Assembly (NCBI GenBank): GCA_963665125.2
Contig: CAXXUK010000001.1
Span: 1,376,001-1,440,000, forward strand
From: an uncultured Desulfarculus sp.
GTDB taxonomy: Bacteria; Desulfobacterota; Desulfarculia; Desulfarculales; Desulfarculaceae
Direction of reading: 5' to 3'
DNA length: 64,000 nt
Position numbers and translations under genes: made by a program. Below the pieces are notes generated by a model. It was not told where the DNA came from, did not search any database, and saw only the letters and a list, made by a program, of their open reading frames with translations. Shown one piece after another: positions 1-9,832 of this stretch; positions within the stretch are counted from its first letter, which is position 1, and each line of letters starts with the position of its first letter.

Positions 1-27
1 CCGGCCTGGCTGATGCGGGAGCGACCA

Positions 28-879
28 ATGACTGATCTTAATATCCCCAAAATACCCCTGGACGAATGGATTGATGGGGCCATTGACTGGACCTCCACCA
101 ACTTTGCCCCGGTGACCAAGGCCGTAAGCAAAGTCATCGAGGCTGTGGTGGAAGGCCTTGTCGAAGGGCTTGAGTGGCTGCCGTTTTGGCTATTGATCAT
201 CGTGCTGGCCGGCGTGGCTTGGCGCATTGCCGGACGCAAGGTGGGCATTGGCTCGGCCCTTGGCCTGTTGCTGCTTTGGAACCTTGGGCTTTGGCAATCG
301 ACCCTGGAGACAATGGCCCTGGTTCTGTTTTCCACTGCCGTGGCCATGTCCGTGGGCCTGCCTCTGGGCATACTGGCGGCGCTCAATGAAACAGCCTACA
401 AAATCATATCGCCCATTCTCGACTTCATGCAGACCATGCCCGCGTTTGTCTACCTGATACCGGCCATCCCGTTCTTTGGCCTGGGCGTGGTCTCGGCCAT
501 ATTCTCCACAGTGATCTTCGCAGTACCCCCGGCCATTCGACTGACAGGTCTGGGCATCCGCCAAGTGCCCAATGAACTCATCGAGGCGGCCGACGCATAC
601 GGTTCGACCTGGAGCCAGAAGCTGATAAAGCTCCAGCTCCCCCTGGCCACGCCGACGATCATGGCCGGCGTAAACCAGACCATCATGCTCTCGCTTTCCA
701 TGGTCGTAATCGCGGCCATGATCGGCGCGGGTGGCCTGGGCGGCGACGTGTGGAAGGCCATCCAGCGTATGCAGCCGGGTATGGGCTTCGAAGCCGGGTT
801 GGGCATCGTTATTTTGGCAATGATACTGGACCGCATCACCCAAAAAATTGCAAAATCAGGCGAACAGGAAGGGCACTAG
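28..879 (+). CDS. proW: Glycine betaine/proline ABC transporter permease (ProW/OpuAB)
   Basis: Hydrophobic ORF with LDFMQTMPAFVYLIP, an EAA loop (LIEAADAYGST) and AGVNQTIMLSLSMVV. Start moved to ATG 28, after GGAG. Confidence 0.92.
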   Translation: MTDLNIPKIPLDEWIDGAIDWTSTNFAPVTKAVSKVIEAVVEGLVEGLEWLPFWLLIIVLAGVAWRIAGRKVGIGSALGLLLLWNLGLWQSTLETMALVLFSTAVAMSVGLPLGILAALNETAYKIISPILDFMQTMPAFVYLIPAIPFFGLGVVSAIFSTVIFAVPPAIRLTGLGIRQVPNELIEAADAYGSTWSQKLIKLQLPLATPTIMAGVNQTIMLSLSMVVIAAMIGAGGLGGDVWKAIQRMQPGMGFEAGLGIVILAMILDRITQKIAKSGEQEGH

Positions 880-937
880 GCCCAGTTCGCCGATTGTTAA
901 CCATAGCGATAATGCACGTTCGAAAAGGAGAGTTCAC

Positions 938-1801
938 ATGAAACGTTTCAAAGCGAAAATGGCCATGGCCATTATGCTTTGCCTGGCAGTTTGCGGCCTG
1001 GCAATGGCCCCGGCGGCAAACGCCGGCGATACCATCAAATTGGTCTATGTCGAATGGGCCTGCGCTACGGCAAGTACAAATCTTGTCGCTGCGGTTATCG
1101 AGACAAAATTGGGTAAGAAAGTCAAGCTGATGCCGGTCAGCGCGGCTGCCATGTGGCAGGCCGTTGCCTCGGGCGATGCCGACGGCCTGGTCTGCGCTTG
1201 GCTACCAACCACCCACGCGCATTACTTCAAAAAGGTGCAGAGCAAAGTCGATGACCTAGGTCACAACATGACCGGTACGCGTATCGGCCTGGTGGTTCCC
1301 AAGTACGTCACCATCGATTCCATTGACCAGATGGAATCTGTTGCCGACAAGTTCGACGGCAAGATTGTAGGCATTGATCCGGGTGCCGGTCTGATGAGCA
1401 AGACGGAAAAGGTCATCAAAGACTATGGGCTTAAAAATTTCAAGCTTATCGAATCCAGCGGCGCGGCCATGACCGCAGCCCTGGGCGACTCCATCAAAAA
1501 GCATGAATGGGTCGTGGTCACCGGCTGGACTCCTCACTGGAAATTCGGCCGCTGGGAACTCAAATACCTCAAGGACCCCAAGGGCATCTACGGTGGTGAG
1601 GAAAACGTCGATACCATCGTGCGCAAGGGCCTGGAAAAAGACGACCCCAAGGTATTCAATTTCCTGAAGAATTACAAGATCACCGCAACCGAATTGCAGA
1701 CCATGATGGACTGGAACACGGTCAAGGGCGCCGATCCGTACCAGAGCGCTCTGAAGTGGATGAAGGAGAACCCGAACAAGGTTGCGGCCTGGCTCAAGTA
1801 G
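938..1801 (+). CDS. proX: Glycine betaine ABC substrate-binding protein (ProX/OpuAC)
   Basis: Signal peptide, WLPTTH, GIDPGAG and GWTPHW motifs. AAGGAG RBS before ATG 938. Confidence 0.92.
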   Translation: MKRFKAKMAMAIMLCLAVCGLAMAPAANAGDTIKLVYVEWACATASTNLVAAVIETKLGKKVKLMPVSAAAMWQAVASGDADGLVCAWLPTTHAHYFKKVQSKVDDLGHNMTGTRIGLVVPKYVTIDSIDQMESVADKFDGKIVGIDPGAGLMSKTEKVIKDYGLKNFKLIESSGAAMTAALGDSIKKHEWVVVTGWTPHWKFGRWELKYLKDPKGIYGGEENVDTIVRKGLEKDDPKVFNFLKNYKITATELQTMMDWNTVKGADPYQSALKWMKENPNKVAAWLK

Positions 1802-1896
1802 CCGGGCTTTTAGCGCCCTGCCCCGCCTAAGGGAGAGCGTGGCCGAGCGTGTCAACTTTGACAAACAACATAGGCGAATTAGTTAGGAGAAGGAGA

Positions 1897-3207
1897 ATGA
1901 AAAAGCTGGTATTGCCGGTGATTCTGGCGGTTGCGCTGATGCTATGCGCACCCCTGGGCGCCATCGCCGGCGGTGAAGACAACACAGAAGACCTGAAGCA
2001 GGAGATTCAGGCCCTGAAGGCAAAACTGGCCGAGATGGACCAGTTGAAAGCCAAACTGGCTGAGCTGGAAGCCCGTTTGGACAAAAATGATCAGCAGGAC
2101 GTCAAGGCCAAAGAGGTCACAGATCAGCACGAGGGTGTTCTGGCCAAGATCAAAGACCAGACCAACATCGACATCGGCGGCGCTGTGCGGTTCAACTACC
2201 GCAACACTGACTACAATGACAAGGGCAAGAGCCGCGGCGGCGACCTCACCTGGGACATCTTCCGCCTCAACGTTGACGGCTCCATCAACAACATCCTGGT
2301 CAGCGCCGAGTACCGTTGGTACTCCTACATGGACGTTCTGCATCACGCCTGGATGGGCTACAATTTCAACGAAAACTGGCAGGGCCAGTTGGGCGTGACC
2401 CAGGTTCCCTTCGGCCTGCTGCCCTGGGCCTCGCATAACTACTGGTTCAGCCTGGCCTACTACGTGGGTCTGGAAGACGACTATGACCTGGGCGCCAAAG
2501 TGCTTTACAAAGAAGGCCCCCTGGATATCCAGATGGCCTTCTTCAAAAACGAAGAATGGGGCAATCCCGCCGACCTGGAGCGCTACAGCATTGACGTGGT
2601 CACCAGCGGCGATCAGCAAAACCAGGAAAGCAATCAGGTCAACGCCCGCGTGGCCTACACCTTTGGCAAGGACACCAAGTTCAACACCGAGGTCGGCCTC
2701 TCGGGCCAAATAGGCCAGCTCTACAACAACACCACCGACTCCAACGGCTCCCACTGGGCAGCCGGCGCCCATGTCAACGGCAACTACGGCCCGGTCAACA
2801 TCATGCTGGAAGCCGCCCGCTATTCATATGACCCGGACAACCCGGCCGGTGTTAATGATCAAACCATCCTCATGGGCGCATTTGGGGCCGATTATACGGT
2901 TGCCTCCGAGGCCTGGCTCTATATCGCCGGTATCGCCTACAACTTTGACGTGAACTGGGGTCCGGTTACCGGCTTGCAGTTCTATGACGATTTCAGCATG
3001 ATCGACAAGGATGAGGACGGATACGAGAATTCCTTCATCAATACCCTTGGCTGCCTGATCAGCGCCAACCCGGTCTACATTTATGTCGACCTGGTAATGG
3101 GTAAAAACGCCATATGGGTTGGCAGCGACAACAACGCCATGGCCCAAGGCGACCCGGATGCCGAATGGCAGTATCTGTTCAACATCAACTTTGGCTACTA
3201 CTTCTAG
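1897..3207 (+). CDS. Outer-membrane porin-like beta-barrel with N-terminal coiled coil
   Basis: Signal peptide, coiled-coil segment, amphipathic aromatic strands, C-terminal NFGYYF. AGGAG RBS. Confidence 0.8.
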   Translation: MKKLVLPVILAVALMLCAPLGAIAGGEDNTEDLKQEIQALKAKLAEMDQLKAKLAELEARLDKNDQQDVKAKEVTDQHEGVLAKIKDQTNIDIGGAVRFNYRNTDYNDKGKSRGGDLTWDIFRLNVDGSINNILVSAEYRWYSYMDVLHHAWMGYNFNENWQGQLGVTQVPFGLLPWASHNYWFSLAYYVGLEDDYDLGAKVLYKEGPLDIQMAFFKNEEWGNPADLERYSIDVVTSGDQQNQESNQVNARVAYTFGKDTKFNTEVGLSGQIGQLYNNTTDSNGSHWAAGAHVNGNYGPVNIMLEAARYSYDPDNPAGVNDQTILMGAFGADYTVASEAWLYIAGIAYNFDVNWGPVTGLQFYDDFSMIDKDEDGYENSFINTLGCLISANPVYIYVDLVMGKNAIWVGSDNNAMAQGDPDAEWQYLFNINFGYYF

Positions 3208-3228
3208 GCCAAACTTGATTTGAGCCCA

Positions 3229-3260
3229 AGGGCCGGCCCTTTACCGGGGCCGGTCTTTTT
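3229..3260 (+). terminator. Rho-independent terminator
   Basis: GGGCCGGCCC / GGGCCGGTCT stem followed by a T run, about 20 nt after the porin stop. Confidence 0.85.
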
Positions 3261-3303
3261 AGTATGTGCAAGCCACCCCGGCCCATTACATTTCATCAAA
3301 AAT

Positions 3304-3319
3304 GATACATTTTTGTATC
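3304..3319. promoter_or_regulatory. Dyad, candidate enhancer (UAS) for a sigma54 activator
   Basis: Perfect inverted repeat GATACA-TTTT-TGTATC, about 120 bp upstream of a -24/-12 element. Confidence 0.6.
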
Positions 3320-3434
3320 TACATGCCACCAAACATTCCCCCTGGTGTGATTCCAATTAGCCTTTTTTCGGCCTCATTTTCGCCACGGCTGCATCAATGC
3401 AGGCGAATCTGAACATCGTTTGCCACCTGTCCGC

Positions 3435-3450
3435 TGGCATATTAATTGCT
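3435..3450 (+). promoter_or_regulatory. sigma54 -24/-12 promoter
   Basis: TGGCATATTAATTGCT fits TGGCA-N6-TTGCW with exact GG-N10-GC spacing. Confidence 0.8.
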
Positions 3451-3562
3451 AATAATTTCCAGCGCCTGCTCTCCAAATTTCGTCAACCCGGTGACAATCA
3501 AACCGGTAGCAACGGATTGGCAGATCAATCTATCACGCTTAGATAAAGAGAGAGGTTGCTTC

Positions 3563-4600
3563 ATGCCCGAGAGGATACTTGCTCTTTCAAAGGACGTTTC
3601 CACCCTTGTCACCGGAAAAGTGGCCGAGATATCCGGCGTCACCCGTTCAACCAAGTACTTGGCCCTGAATGCCGCCGTGGAGGCGGCCAGAGCGGGTGAG
3701 GCGGGCAGAGGATTTGCAATCGTGGCCGAGGAAGTCGGCCGGGTATCCGAGTCCATCAGCAAGATCACCATTGACCTGATGCAATCCCTGGAAGAGAGCG
3801 TCGGCAAATTGGACAACCTCGGCAGGCAGATGGTGGCAAACGTCCGGGGGCGGCGCCTGTCCGATTTGGCTCTCAACATGATAGACATCATAGACCGCAA
3901 CCTGTATGAGCGCTCCTGCGATGTCCGCTGGTGGGCCACCGACCAGGCCATTGTCGACTGCGCGGCCGATCCGGTGCCGGACAAGACGAAATTCGCCAGC
4001 AAACGCCTGGGCGTTATTCTTGATTCATACACCGTATATCTTGATCTATGGGTTCTGGACACCAAGGGCAACGTCCTGGCCAACGGCAGACCCGACCGTT
4101 ACCGGGTCAACAGCACCAACCACAAAAACCAGCCGTGGTTTCAAGACGCATTGGCCACCCACGACGGGACCTGTTTCGCCGTGGCCGATGTAGCCACCAA
4201 CCCCGAGTTGGGCAACAAGGCCGTCGCCACATATGCCACGGCAATCAGGGAAAACGGCGAGGCCCACGGCAGAGAGCTTGGCGTGTTGGGTATCTTCTTT
4301 GATTGGGAACCCCAGGCCCAGGCCGTTGTCGATGGGGTGCGCTTGGATCCGGATGAAGTTGGCCGCACCAGGTGCTTGCTGTTGGATTCCAAATTCAGGG
4401 TGATCGCGGCTTCCGACGACCAGGGGCTTTTACAGGAAACGGTTGCCTTGCAAAAGACGGACGAACCCAAAGGAACCTTTGTCGACAATTCCGGCACCAT
4501 GGTCGCCTATGCCCTGACACCAGGCTATGAAACCTATAAGGGGCTCAACTGGTACGGGGTGATCGTGCAGGCCATGCCGCAAAAAACACCTAAAACATAA
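3563..4600 (+). CDS. Soluble MCP-like protein: N-terminal chemoreceptor signalling tip plus C-terminal Cache-like domain
   Basis: [26 protein letters not shown] near the N-terminus, no TM helices, PWFQDAL / ATYATAIR / GVLGIFFDW in the C-terminal half. GAGG before ATG 3563. Confidence 0.8.
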   Translation: MPERILALSKDVSTLVTGKVAEISGVTRSTKYLALNAAVEAARAGEAGRGFAIVAEEVGRVSESISKITIDLMQSLEESVGKLDNLGRQMVANVRGRRLSDLALNMIDIIDRNLYERSCDVRWWATDQAIVDCAADPVPDKTKFASKRLGVILDSYTVYLDLWVLDTKGNVLANGRPDRYRVNSTNHKNQPWFQDALATHDGTCFAVADVATNPELGNKAVATYATAIRENGEAHGRELGVLGIFFDWEPQAQAVVDGVRLDPDEVGRTRCLLLDSKFRVIAASDDQGLLQETVALQKTDEPKGTFVDNSGTMVAYALTPGYETYKGLNWYGVIVQAMPQKTPKT

Positions 4601-4972
4601 ACGGCCCATAACAGTCTGACTCCAAAACGCGCGTTCCTCGCAACCCTCGTAGGCAGCCGGTTGCGGCCACGTGGTACGGGTTGGAACCAATGGGCGTTAT
4701 CAGTATAATAAATCATTAAAAACAAAGGCATCTTCGAGATCATTGATTCGTCGCAAAAACGCGTTGGCAATACTATTGTACAAAGCACAAACAATTTTCA
4801 TGTTGTGCACCTCCACCACCTGACGTTATAAAGGCTTGCAGACGCAGCAACATTTAAAAAACAAACAGCCGTGAATGTCATTCCTTGCCTCAGCTACCAT
4901 TCCTAAAGTTCGCCCGGGAACGGCTATTCCGGCTAATTGTCTTTAAACAATCTGTCCAAGGGAGGAGAACCG

Positions 4973-6133
4973 ATGAAGTTTCGCAACATGATTTGTTTCG
5001 CTCTGGTATTGACCTTGGTCCTTGCGGCCGGGTCCGTGCTGGCCAAAGAAAAAGTCAAAGTGGCTTTTCTTGGCCCCTTGACCGGCGGAGTCTCGGCGAT
5101 CGGCGTGGGTGGACGCAATTCCGCCGACTTGGCCGTCAGGCTGCGCAATGCCGACCCCAACGCGAAATATGAATATGAATTCGTGGCCTTGGATGACGAA
5201 TGCAAGCCCAATTCCGGCGTGCAGGTGGCCACCAAAGTAGCCACGGATAAAAAAATCATCGCCGCGGTGACCCAATACTGCTCGGTGGTGGCCCTGGCGT
5301 CGGTGGACGTCTATCACCGCTTCGGCCTGCCGGTGGTGGTCTGGGGTGCGGTGCATCCCGACATCACCTATGGCAACGACTACAAGGAAGTCCACCGCAT
5401 CAACGGCACCATGGTCAACCAGAACGAAACCGCCGCCAAGTTCGCCATGGACCAGGGCTACAAGACCTATGTCCTGCTCTACGACACCACCGACTACGGC
5501 AAGGGCATGTACAACTACTTCAGCAAGTACCTGGAAGCCGAAGGCGGCAAGATTCTGGCCAGCTTCGGCGTCACCCCGGACCAGCAGGACTTTACCGCCG
5601 AGTTAACCCAGGCCAAGACGCTCAACCCGGACGTGATCTGGTTCGGCGGCCTGACCCCCTTGGGCGTGCGCATCCGCCTGCAGATGGAAAAGCTGGGCTC
5701 CGACTCCCAGTTCCAGAGCTGCTCGGGCATCGTGTCCGACGCCTATATCACGGGCACCGGCAAGCTTGCCGAGGGCACCGTGGCCTTCCGCGAGGGTGAG
5801 CCCGTTGAAGACCTGCCCGGCGGCAAGTGGTTCATGGAAGAATACAAAAAGGCCGGTTACGCCGAAGCTCCGGACGCATTCGGCCCCTTTGCCTTCGCGG
5901 CCATGAACCTGATTCTCGACGGCATTGAAAAGGTCGGACCCAGCCGCAGGGCTCTGGTCAAGTGGATGGAAGACATCAAGGACTACGACAGCATCGTCGG
6001 CAAGGTCACCTTTGACGAGCATGGCCAGAACATCTCTCCGGCCATCACCAAATACGTTGTTCAGGATGGCGTATGGGTGCCCTGGAAGAGTTCAGAGTAC
6101 GCAAGCGGCAAGCGCCAACTCAAAAAGAAGTAG
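4973..6133 (+). CDS. livK: Branched-chain amino acid-type ABC substrate-binding protein (LivJ/K family)
   Basis: Signal peptide, GPLTGG, DDECKP, DYGKG, TFDEHG. GGAGGAG RBS. True substrate unknown. Confidence 0.88.
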   Translation: MKFRNMICFALVLTLVLAAGSVLAKEKVKVAFLGPLTGGVSAIGVGGRNSADLAVRLRNADPNAKYEYEFVALDDECKPNSGVQVATKVATDKKIIAAVTQYCSVVALASVDVYHRFGLPVVVWGAVHPDITYGNDYKEVHRINGTMVNQNETAAKFAMDQGYKTYVLLYDTTDYGKGMYNYFSKYLEAEGGKILASFGVTPDQQDFTAELTQAKTLNPDVIWFGGLTPLGVRIRLQMEKLGSDSQFQSCSGIVSDAYITGTGKLAEGTVAFREGEPVEDLPGGKWFMEEYKKAGYAEAPDAFGPFAFAAMNLILDGIEKVGPSRRALVKWMEDIKDYDSIVGKVTFDEHGQNISPAITKYVVQDGVWVPWKSSEYASGKRQLKKK

Positions 6134-6143
6134 CCTATTAAAA

Positions 6144-6193
6144 CCGGCAAACCAGAGAGCGGCCCGATTAAAAACGGCCGCTCTCTGTGCCGG
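6144..6193 (+). other. Intercistronic stem-loop (mRNA stabiliser or partial terminator)
   Basis: CAGAGAGCGGCC / GGCCGCTCTCTG 12-bp stem plus outer CCGGCA/TGCCGG, between binding protein and permease; no U tract. Confidence 0.65.
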
Positions 6194-6217
6194 AAATAAT
6201 ACTTGGGATAAGTTCTG

Positions 6218-7138
6218 ATGGATCTGGGACTGATTGCACAGCATGTTGTAAACGGCCTGATGATGGGCCTCATCTACGCACTCGTGGCAGTGGGCTTCAC
6301 CCTGTTTTTCGGAGTGCTGGACATAATCAAGTTCTCCCACGGCGACGTTTTGACCTGGGGCGTCTTTTCGGCCCTGACGGTTTATATCGGCCTGGACATT
6401 ATCGGCCTGCACGCCCCCTGGCTCACCCTGATCATCGTGACAGTGGTCTCCATGGCCCTGATCGGCGCGCTGGGGGCCTTGATAGCCAAGGTGCTCATCC
6501 TGCCCCTGCGCAAGGCGCCGCCGCTCAATGTCTTGTTGATTACCCTGATGCTCGGCACCGTCCTGCGTGAGTCGATCCGCCTGTTCTACCCCGACGGCGC
6601 CAACCCCAAGCGCTTCCCGGCTCTGCTGCCGGACTGGAGCCATACCTGGGGCAATTTCACGCTTCGCTTTGACAACACCGTAATGCTCATCACCGGCATT
6701 GCTCTTATCGTCTTGGTGCAGGTATTGATCAAACGCACCAAGCTGGGCATGGCCATCCGGGCCGTATCCCAGGACGAGGAGACGGCCCGGATCATGGGCA
6801 TCAATTTCAATATGGTGGTGTTTATAACATTCGCCATAGGCTCGGCCCTGGCAGCCTACGCCGGTGTCACCTATGGCCTTTATTACAATGAACTCAGCTT
6901 CAACATGGGTCTTCTTTTGGGCGCCATCGGCTTCAGCGCCGCGGCGGTGGGCGGCTTCGGCAATATCTATGGCGCCATTGTCGGCGGCTTTTTGTTCGCC
7001 GCCCTGCAAACCATCGGGGCGGCCGCCCTGCCCTTTGCCAGCGCCTACAAGGACGTGTTCGCCTTTGGCGTGGTGATCATGATCATGGCCTTCAAGCCCT
7101 CCGGCCTTTTGGGCGAAAAAGAGACGGAGAGGGTTTAA
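6218..7138 (+). CDS. livH: Liv-type ABC permease LivH
   Basis: NGLMMGLIYALVAVGFTL, FSHGD, GMAIRAVSQD motifs. Confidence 0.92.
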   Translation: MDLGLIAQHVVNGLMMGLIYALVAVGFTLFFGVLDIIKFSHGDVLTWGVFSALTVYIGLDIIGLHAPWLTLIIVTVVSMALIGALGALIAKVLILPLRKAPPLNVLLITLMLGTVLRESIRLFYPDGANPKRFPALLPDWSHTWGNFTLRFDNTVMLITGIALIVLVQVLIKRTKLGMAIRAVSQDEETARIMGINFNMVVFITFAIGSALAAYAGVTYGLYYNELSFNMGLLLGAIGFSAAAVGGFGNIYGAIVGGFLFAALQTIGAAALPFASAYKDVFAFGVVIMIMAFKPSGLLGEKETERV

Positions 7139-7141
7139 TCA

Positions 7142-8308
7142 ATGAATATCCAACAGAGAAGCAAATCATCATTCATCCCCGCCCTGGCCGCCGTTATCCT
7201 GGGCGCGGTGTACATGGTCTTTTTCCTGGCCGCAGAATCCGAGTTGGAGGTCTTCGGCCTGCTCCTTGGTGCGGGCGTGGTCCTGCTGATACTGCGTAAA
7301 ATGGGCGTTCTGGATAAAATCGGACGCGGCGCCTCCGACAACAGCATGGCCTTTGGCGCTTGCGTGGCCGTGGCCGCCGCGGCCATCAGCCTTTACTTTT
7401 ACGACGACAACTTCGTGTTGTTTTTGATCGGCTCGGTGTTGGCCTACACCCTGACCTGTCTGGGCCTCAATATCCAGTTCGGCTTCGTGGGCGTGGTCAA
7501 CTTCGCAGGAGCCTCGTTCTTCGGCGTGGGCTGCTACACCGCGGCCATCCTGACCAAGCACACGGCCACACCCCACCTGCTGATCCTGGTCCTGGGCGGG
7601 TTGGCAGCGGCGGCCCTGGGCTTTTTGATCCTGGTGCCGGTGCTCAAGACAAGGGGTCATTACGCGGCTCTTGTGACCATAGCCTTCGCCCTGCTGTTCA
7701 AGACCTTCCTGGAAGTCAACGACACCCTTGGCGGCCCCCAAGGCCTCAAGTGCGACGGGCTGCATATCCTTGGCTGGGACTTCAACACCGACATCATCAT
7801 CGGCTCTTTCGAAGGCTCGTTCTATCTGGGCTACATCGCCGTTATTCTGGTGCTGTGCGTGCTGGGCTTCGTCTTCGCCCGGCGCATGGAAGAATCATGG
7901 ATCGGCCTGAACATGGACGCCGTTCGCCTTGACGAAACGGTCAGCGCCTGCTTTGGCCTTTCCATTCCCACGTGGAAGGTGGCGGCCTTTACGGTGGGCA
8001 ACTTCTACTGCGGCCTGGCCGGCGCCTTTTACGCCATGATGCTGGGCTACATCGCACCCACCAACTTCACCTTCGGCGACTCGCTGATCTTGTTGTCCAT
8101 CGTCATCTTGGGCGGATTGGGATCCAGTTGGGGCGCCGTGGCGGCCACCGGCATCATCATCCTGCTGCCGGAAAAATTCCAGATGCTCCAGGAATACCGC
8201 TTCCTGATCTTCGCGGCGCTGGTCATAGGCATTTTGCTGTTCAGGCCCCAGGGCCTGCTGCCGCGGACCCTGCGCAGCTTCGCCCCCTTGAGATCCAGGC
8301 AGGGATAG
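7142..8308 (+). CDS. livM: Liv-type ABC permease LivM
   Basis: GLNIQFG, RGHYAALVT, LGGPQG, VILGGLGS, FRPQGL motifs. Confidence 0.9.
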   Translation: MNIQQRSKSSFIPALAAVILGAVYMVFFLAAESELEVFGLLLGAGVVLLILRKMGVLDKIGRGASDNSMAFGACVAVAAAAISLYFYDDNFVLFLIGSVLAYTLTCLGLNIQFGFVGVVNFAGASFFGVGCYTAAILTKHTATPHLLILVLGGLAAAALGFLILVPVLKTRGHYAALVTIAFALLFKTFLEVNDTLGGPQGLKCDGLHILGWDFNTDIIIGSFEGSFYLGYIAVILVLCVLGFVFARRMEESWIGLNMDAVRLDETVSACFGLSIPTWKVAAFTVGNFYCGLAGAFYAMMLGYIAPTNFTFGDSLILLSIVILGGLGSSWGAVAATGIIILLPEKFQMLQEYRFLIFAALVIGILLFRPQGLLPRTLRSFAPLRSRQG

Positions 8309-8310
8309 CC

Positions 8311-9093
8311 ATGACATTGCAAACATCACTACTGAGCGTACAAAAGCTGGAAAAAAACTTCGGTGGCGTCAAGGCCCTGGCCGATCTTAACCTTGAGGTT
8401 GGGCAAAACCAGATTATGGGGCTCATCGGGCCCAACGGCTCTGGCAAGACGACCTTCTTCAACGTTCTTACCGGCATCTACCCCGTGACCAGCGGCAAGA
8501 TCTATTTTGAAGGCCACGACATCACCAACTTCACACCCCAAAAGGTCTACCGGGCCGGTGTTGCCCGCACCTTCCAGCGCTCGCGCCTGCTGCTGGAACT
8601 GTCGATCTTGGACAATATCCTGCTGGGCAACCACAACAGGCTCAACAACGGCCTGTGGTTTAACATGTTCCGGCGGGGGGCCTTGCAACAGCAGTTCAAC
8701 GACCGCCTGGAAAAGGCCAGGGAATTGATCAACATCTTTGACGAGTCTCTGGCCGGCAATATCTTCGAACCGGTGGCCAAGCTGCCGATGATCTCCCGCA
8801 GGCGCATCGAGATCTGCCGGGCCCTGATCAGCAGGCCAAAGCTGCTGCTGTTGGACGAGCCCTCGGCGGGCATGACCCATGACGAGACGTTCCGGCTCAT
8901 CGACGACATCCTGGAAATCAAGAGCAAGGTCCAGAACCTTACGATCATCATCATCGAGCACGAAATGTCGGTCATGGAGCGCATCACCGATCACTGCGCG
9001 GTGCTCAACTTCGGCGAAAAAATCTGTGAAGGCACCTATGAGCAAGTTTCCTCGGACAAAAACGTCCAGGAAGCATATTTGGGGATGGACTGA
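8311..9093 (+). CDS. livG: ABC ATPase LivG
   Basis: Walker A GPNGSGKT, ARTFQ, LLLDEP, EAYLG. Start moved to ATG 8311, after the livM stop. Confidence 0.92.
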   Translation: MTLQTSLLSVQKLEKNFGGVKALADLNLEVGQNQIMGLIGPNGSGKTTFFNVLTGIYPVTSGKIYFEGHDITNFTPQKVYRAGVARTFQRSRLLLELSILDNILLGNHNRLNNGLWFNMFRRGALQQQFNDRLEKARELINIFDESLAGNIFEPVAKLPMISRRRIEICRALISRPKLLLLDEPSAGMTHDETFRLIDDILEIKSKVQNLTIIIIEHEMSVMERITDHCAVLNFGEKICEGTYEQVSSDKNVQEAYLGMD

Positions 9094-9812
9094 TGCACGA
9101 TAGCACCCCGGCGCTGAGCGTCCAAAACATATACACGGCATATGACAGCGCGGACGTCCTGGAGAATCTGAACCTGGAGGTGGCCCAGGGCTCCATCACC
9201 TGCCTGCTGGGCTCCAACGGCTCGGGCAAGACCACCCTGATCCGCTCCATCCTGGGTCTGACCCCGGCCCGCAAGGGCAAGATATTGTTCATGGGCCAAG
9301 ACATCACCCAGCAGCGCACCTTCAAGATCGCCCGCATGGGCCTGGCCAGCATTCCCGAAGGCCGCAAGGTCTTCCCGGCCATGACCGTGGAGGAAAACCT
9401 GCTCCTGGGCGGCTATCAGGAAGACGACAAGCAGGTCCTGGCCCAACGCCTGGAAAAGGTCTACGGCATTTTCCCCCGCCTCAGGGAGCGCACCGGCCAG
9501 CTTGCCGGAACCATGTCCGGCGGCGAACAGGCCATGGTCTCCATCGGCCGGGGGCTGATGGGCGACCCCAAGGTGATGATCATCGACGAGCCGTCCCTGG
9601 GCCTTTCGCCCCTGCTGGTCAAGGAAAACTTCCGCATTATCCGCGAGATCAACCAGCAGGGCATCACCGTGTTTTTGGTGGAACAAAACGTGCGCCAGAC
9701 CCTGGCCATCTCCCATTTCGGCTATGTGCTCTCCAAGGGCCAGGTGGTGGCCCAGGGCACAGCTGAATACCTGCGGGACAACCAGGAAGTGCAACAGGCC
9801 TATTTCGGCTAG
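9093..9812 (+). CDS. livF: ABC ATPase LivF
   Basis: GSNGSGKT, PEGRKVF, MSGGEQ, DEPSLGL. TGATG overlap with livG. Confidence 0.93.
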   Translation: MHDSTPALSVQNIYTAYDSADVLENLNLEVAQGSITCLLGSNGSGKTTLIRSILGLTPARKGKILFMGQDITQQRTFKIARMGLASIPEGRKVFPAMTVEENLLLGGYQEDDKQVLAQRLEKVYGIFPRLRERTGQLAGTMSGGEQAMVSIGRGLMGDPKVMIIDEPSLGLSPLLVKENFRIIREINQQGITVFLVEQNVRQTLAISHFGYVLSKGQVVAQGTAEYLRDNQEVQQAYFG

Positions 9813-9832
9813 GGCCGCCAAGGAGACCGAAG

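Noticed and set aside
4765..4780. sigma54-like TGGCAATACTATTGTA before the liv operon
   Set aside because: The -12 element reads GT instead of GC; better explained as a dyad.
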